A DNA stretch of 64,000 nt from Phallusia mammillata. Taxonomy: Eukaryota. Below the pieces are notes generated by a model. That model was not told the DNA's origin. It saw only the letters and a program-made list of their open reading frames with translations, and made no database searches. Below, in pieces: positions 61,501-64,000 of the stretch. Within the stretch, counting starts at the first letter, position 1. Every line of letters starts with the position of its first letter. Both the position numbers and the translations under genes were made by a program. The DNA lies in the NCBI GenBank assembly GCA_965637545.1, contig OZ281499.1, forward strand, positions 15,624,001-15,688,000, written 5' to 3'.

Positions 61501-63730
61501 AGAACAAAAAATACATTATACACAATCTTACATGGCTTTCTTAAAATTAAATACCTGTAAAGTTTGCACTGATGTAATACGGGATGACTCCTTTTGGCCA
61601 GATTCGTTCAGGTCGGGCAGTGGCCGCTCTCCGCATTCTTTTGTGAATATCTTCTGCACGCTGATTTCTTGTACGATATTTGGTTCTTTTCCCTTTTCGC
61701 CTTTTACGCCGATCTATAAAAGCAAAAAATTTAAATCTTTAAGGTTTTATTAAATGAGTAATTTTGAAATGTTTTCAGCTTTGGTGATATATTGACCCAG
61801 AGTTGTAAGCGGGCCCGAAATTCGAGCCCAAACCCAGCCCGATTCGAAAGTAGAAGCCTGAAGCACAGTTGCAAGTCGGGCCGGGCTTTTCGGGCCGGGT
61901 TCGGGTTCGGGCCGGGTTCGGGCTTAGGTATTTGTCAGAAAACGGGCTCAAAACGGGCCTGACTTTACGTTCCGTTTCCGCCATTTTTTAGTAACAATTT
62001 TCTGGCTTTGACTTAATGCCCACCCTACTCCAAAACGTATTGTTTACCCCATTGTCTACTGTTGTTCATTGTGTTTGTTGTCTTTTCTCTTTTTTTCTTT
62101 CTCATACTTTGTTGCAAGGCTTTCGCGGATTGGCCTGTCAATCAAAGTTTCGGGCCTAAACGGGCTTCCCAAAAACGTTTCGGGTTCGGGCTGGGCTTCG
62201 GGCTTATACTTTCGGGTTCGGGCCGGGTTCGGGCCGGGTTCGGGCCGGGTTCGGGCCGGGTTCGGGCCGGGTTCGGGTTCGGGCCGGGTTCGGGCCGGGT
62301 TCGGGCTCAGAATTCGGGCCCGCTAGCAACTCTGGCCTGAAGCTTCGCCAGAACCTGAATCGCTTTTATGAATCCCGATTGGGCCCAAAAGTTTGATTGG
62401 CAGGTCGTTTTAGGAGTTAGGACACAGCCACAAGTCCGACCCGAATCAAGCCGGTTTGTTAAAACATACTAAGCCCGAACCCGGCCCGACTTACAACTCA
62501 GTATTGACGCGACATCGCAAAATTGTTTTATGCCCCAGCAAAGCGATTTTCATCCAATTTATTTACAATGTGGACTTTATAAGCTGAGTTGAGCGCACTT
62601 CCAACATTGTAACTCGGAGCCAGTAATTTTCAGAAGCAGGACAAATGATTTTATCCGTGTGCTAGCTAGCATTAAATATTATATTATACTTGTTCTTACT
62701 TCTTTTTCGTTTCCTCCTTCTCATTCTGTTTTTCTTGGATTTTCGGCCTTTTTTCAGTATTCTTCTTTGCGATTCACTCCCAATTCCATCTGAGGTCGGC
62801 TGAACATTGGACAATGTTCGAGGGTCGAGAAAGCTGTTAAGAAAATCCGCGTCACTCACTGCTGCGTCATCATTTGATCCCTGAATCAATAAATATCATG
62901 ATTAGTCAAAAAAAAAAAAACGTTTAAGAATTCCCAAACCGCTGCACGTTTTTTTTTAGATACTGGTGACGCTCAGCTATTTGGCCCTAAGTATTCAATT
63001 GGGAGTTTTAGGAATTAAATATGAATTACATTTTTGGCAAATATAAGTGAGCACATTTTTTGATTATTATGCAAGTGTTTATGAAACTTAGGGTAAATTT
63101 ATCAATCAGGCATAGAATATGGGTTGAAGGCAGTGGTGGGATTCAAATTTTTTGTCAGCCGGTTCTATCACAAAAGTCATATTTTTCAGTCGGTTCTGTT
63201 GCAAAACGTCCATTGACAGTAACCACTAATGCTAACCGGTTCGCTGATCTCATAAAATTTCGCGAGACGGTTCTATAGAACCGGTGTGAACCGGCTGAAT
63301 CCCACCACTGGTTAAAGGTAAAAGGTTGATTTAGTTTGAACATGAATATCTTGACAAACTGGAGTTTAATTGCAAATCATAATTGGTTTACCGAAACAAC
63401 TTTTGATTTTTTTTCTTATGTTAAATCCTACACAACGTAATTGAAACTAAAAAATTGTACATACCACAGCAAGAGTCCCATTTCTATTTGCTCTTCTGTT
63501 ATCTGGGTAGCGATCACGGAGCATGGCCGGTGGAAGATCAGCATCCGTATCAGTCTGTGATGCTCGATTGCGACTCCCTCTTCTTGATCCCCTGCGTCTT
63601 TGAGGAGGCTGAGATGTGGGAGTAGAGTCTTTCGACAAATGTCCAACATTTGAAATGAACTCGTCGGCGGTTTCACCGAATATGTCTTGCACGTCTTGTT
63701 CGTCAAGTGCAATGTCCCCAAGAAACATTC
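46407..63730 (-). CDS. BMP1/TLL: BMP1/Tolloid-like astacin metalloprotease (5' end outside the window)
   Basis: Join (minus): 63465-63730, 62700-62880, 61555-61713, 56889-57006, 56076-56254, 55891-55998, 54996-55121, 54214-54367, 53868-53932, 53231-53340, 52410-52562, 51639-51792, 50943-51099, 50318-50489, 49477-49633, 49245-49394, 48671-48798, 48068-48281, 47121-47371, 46407-46547. Motifs: [12 protein letters not shown]^[28 protein letters not shown]; domain order CUB-CUB-EGF-CUB-EGF-CUB-CUB; TAA at 46407-46409. Confidence 0.96.
46623..46886. mobile_element. hAT/Charlie-like MITE
   Basis: tagtagttcttaacct ... aggtcaagaaccactg; flanks ttctaaag / gtctaaac resemble the NTCTAGAN target. Confidence 0.7.
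47121..47371 (-). CDS. BMP1/TLL: Tolloid exon: CUB5 part a
   Basis: [26 protein letters not shown]...FGRFCGQR. Confidence 0.95.
47823..47985. repeat. Repeat with tagggctattagg / ccctaaccct arms and a CTCF-like terminus
   Basis: Arms match 54550-54625 directly; 47941-47985 matches 54467-54510 as reverse complement. Confidence 0.6.
48068..48281 (-). CDS. BMP1/TLL: Tolloid exon: CUB4 part b
   Basis: [36 protein letters not shown]...[13 protein letters not shown]. Confidence 0.95.
48671..48798 (-). CDS. BMP1/TLL: Tolloid exon: CUB4 part a
   Basis: [43 protein letters not shown]. Confidence 0.95.
49245..49394 (-). CDS. BMP1/TLL: Tolloid exon: CUB3 end plus EGF2
   Basis: [50 protein letters not shown]. 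Confidence 0.95.
49477..49633 (-). CDS. BMP1/TLL: Tolloid exon: CUB3 part b
   Basis: [52 protein letters not shown]. Confidence 0.95.
50318..50489 (-). CDS. BMP1/TLL: Tolloid exon: CUB3 part a
   Basis: [57 protein letters not shown]. Confidence 0.95.
50943..51099 (-). CDS. BMP1/TLL: Tolloid exon: CUB2 end plus EGF1
   Basis: [51 protein letters not shown]; not in the ORF track. Confidence 0.94.
51639..51792 (-). CDS. BMP1/TLL: Tolloid exon: CUB2 part b
   Basis: [51 protein letters not shown]. Confidence 0.95.
52168..52337. mobile_element. hAT/Charlie-like MITE
   Basis: caggggttcttaacc ... ggttaagaaccact; flanks atttagat / atatagat; internal ggggtgc repeats. Confidence 0.75.
52410..52562 (-). 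CDS. BMP1/TLL: Tolloid exon: CUB2 part a
   Basis: [51 protein letters not shown]. Confidence 0.95.
53231..53340 (-). CDS. BMP1/TLL: Tolloid exon: CUB1 part c
   Basis: [37 protein letters not shown]. Confidence 0.94.
53868..53932 (-). CDS. BMP1/TLL: Tolloid exon: CUB1 part b
   Basis: [21 protein letters not shown]. Confidence 0.94.
54214..54367 (-). CDS. BMP1/TLL: Tolloid exon: CUB1 part a
   Basis: [50 protein letters not shown]. Confidence 0.94.
54467..54625. repeat. Second copy of the CTCF-motif-bearing repeat
   Basis: aagtttgctaattaccgttaggtggcgcaaagagc followed by tagggctattaggg...cctaaccct. Confidence 0.6.
54996..55121 (-). CDS. BMP1/TLL: Tolloid exon: astacin C-terminus
   Basis: [42 protein letters not shown]. 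Confidence 0.95.
55891..55998 (-). CDS. BMP1/TLL: Tolloid exon: astacin Met-turn
   Basis: [36 protein letters not shown]. Confidence 0.96.
56076..56254 (-). CDS. BMP1/TLL: Tolloid exon: astacin Zn-binding motif
   Basis: [47 protein letters not shown]. Confidence 0.97.
56889..57006 (-). CDS. BMP1/TLL: Tolloid exon: astacin
   Basis: [40 protein letters not shown]. Confidence 0.95.
59793..59941. mobile_element. MITE family A copy in a Tolloid intron
   Basis: TA|cagtaaacc ... gaggtttactg|TA; gatcttcgcctaat twice; 17-bp duplication at 59916-59932 and 59942-59958. Confidence 0.8.
61105..61478. mobile_element. hAT-like MITE with perfect 8-bp TSD
   Basis: TTGTAGAG at 61097-61104 and 61479-61486; termini cagcggtt / gagccactg. 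Confidence 0.8.
61555..61713 (-). CDS. BMP1/TLL: Tolloid exon: furin site and mature astacin N-terminus
   Basis: (N)[28 protein letters not shown]^[24 protein letters not shown]. Confidence 0.95.
61798..62501. mobile_element. Composite hAT-like element with GGGCCGGGTTC subterminal repeats
   Basis: TIR pair cagagttg..gcgggcccgaa at 61798 and 62334; second pair agttgcaagtcgggccggg (from 61864) and cccggcccgacttacaact (62480-62501). Confidence 0.75.
62211..62306 (+). repeat. 11-bp minisatellite (GGGCCGGGTTC)n
   Basis: About seven full units plus partial units, read directly. Confidence 0.9.
62700..62880 (-). CDS. BMP1/TLL: Tolloid exon: prodomain, basic tract part 1
   Basis: gattcag|[10 protein letters not shown]...[22 protein letters not shown]|GTAAGA; phase 0 to 1. 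Confidence 0.82.
63131..63310. mobile_element. hAT-like MITE
   Basis: Perfect TIR CAGTGGTGGGATTCA; TSD gttgaagg / gttaaagg (7 of 8). Confidence 0.88.
63465..63730 (-). CDS. BMP1/TLL: Tolloid exon: prodomain with FLGDIALD
   Basis: [14 protein letters not shown]...GTLAV|GTATGT; phase 1 in, phase 0 out. Confidence 0.88.
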
Positions 63731-64000
63731 CTAAAAATTTAAAGATATAAAGTTGTGAGTTAGTCCGAAAAGAAAATAGTTCATTAACTGCGTTAAGTTG
63801 TGTTGATGCCAGTTTAGCCAATTGTAATTACAAGTATCAATCAATTTTTAGTAGTTTATCGATTTGCTGACTGTAATGAAAGAATTTTAATAGATTGACA
63901 AGAAGTATCTTCAAGCAAAGCATTGCAACAGACGATATCGAACAAATGTGCACAATTAATATTTACGAATCTTTGCAAACAGATGTCTTGTCTTAACACG

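Noticed and set aside
62062-62340. ORFs with [11 protein letters not shown] repeats
   Set aside because: Translation of the 11-bp minisatellite, not a gene.
62690-62699. Alternative Tolloid donor at 62689
   Set aside because: Gives phase 2, incompatible with the phase-1 acceptor at 61713.
63900-64000. Possible upstream Tolloid exon at the window edge
   Set aside because: No frame resembles a signal peptide or the expected DPCK(A) motif, and there is no good phase-1 donor.

Overview
AT-rich animal genomic DNA, inferred to be an invertebrate chordate and probably an ascidian; the species cannot be determined from the sequence alone. Two spliced genes lie head-to-tail on the minus strand. (1) A TET-family 5-methylcytosine dioxygenase: 19 coding exons reconstructed by hand with consistent GT-AG phases, from ATG 27801 to beyond base 1, at least 2120 aa. 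It has an N-terminal CXXC zinc finger, a 2.5-kb low-complexity exon, a Cys-rich domain and a DSBH domain with intact HxD...H...R residues. (2) A BMP1/Tolloid astacin metalloprotease: 20 coding exons from 63730 to the stop at 46407, in the order prodomain-astacin-CUB-CUB-EGF-CUB-EGF-CUB-CUB; the signal-peptide exon lies beyond the window. About 16 kb of largely repeat-poor non-coding DNA separates them. Introns carry many short non-autonomous DNA transposons (pogo/Tigger-like, several hAT-like families, one Helentron-like element). The most interesting biology is in the TET 5' module. It has a CXXC4/IDAX-like layout and a hidden 60-nt exon resembling the IDAX C-terminal peptide. Three consecutive phase-0 cassette exons could toggle the CXXC, the finger has KQ where the family has HQ, and there are three uORFs. 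Also notable are a very basic Tolloid prodomain tract, a repeat that carries a CTCF-like motif, and two near-matches to the Ciona spliced leader. No tRNA, rRNA or CRISPR array was recognised. Reference sequences quoted for comparison are recalled from memory and need alignment.
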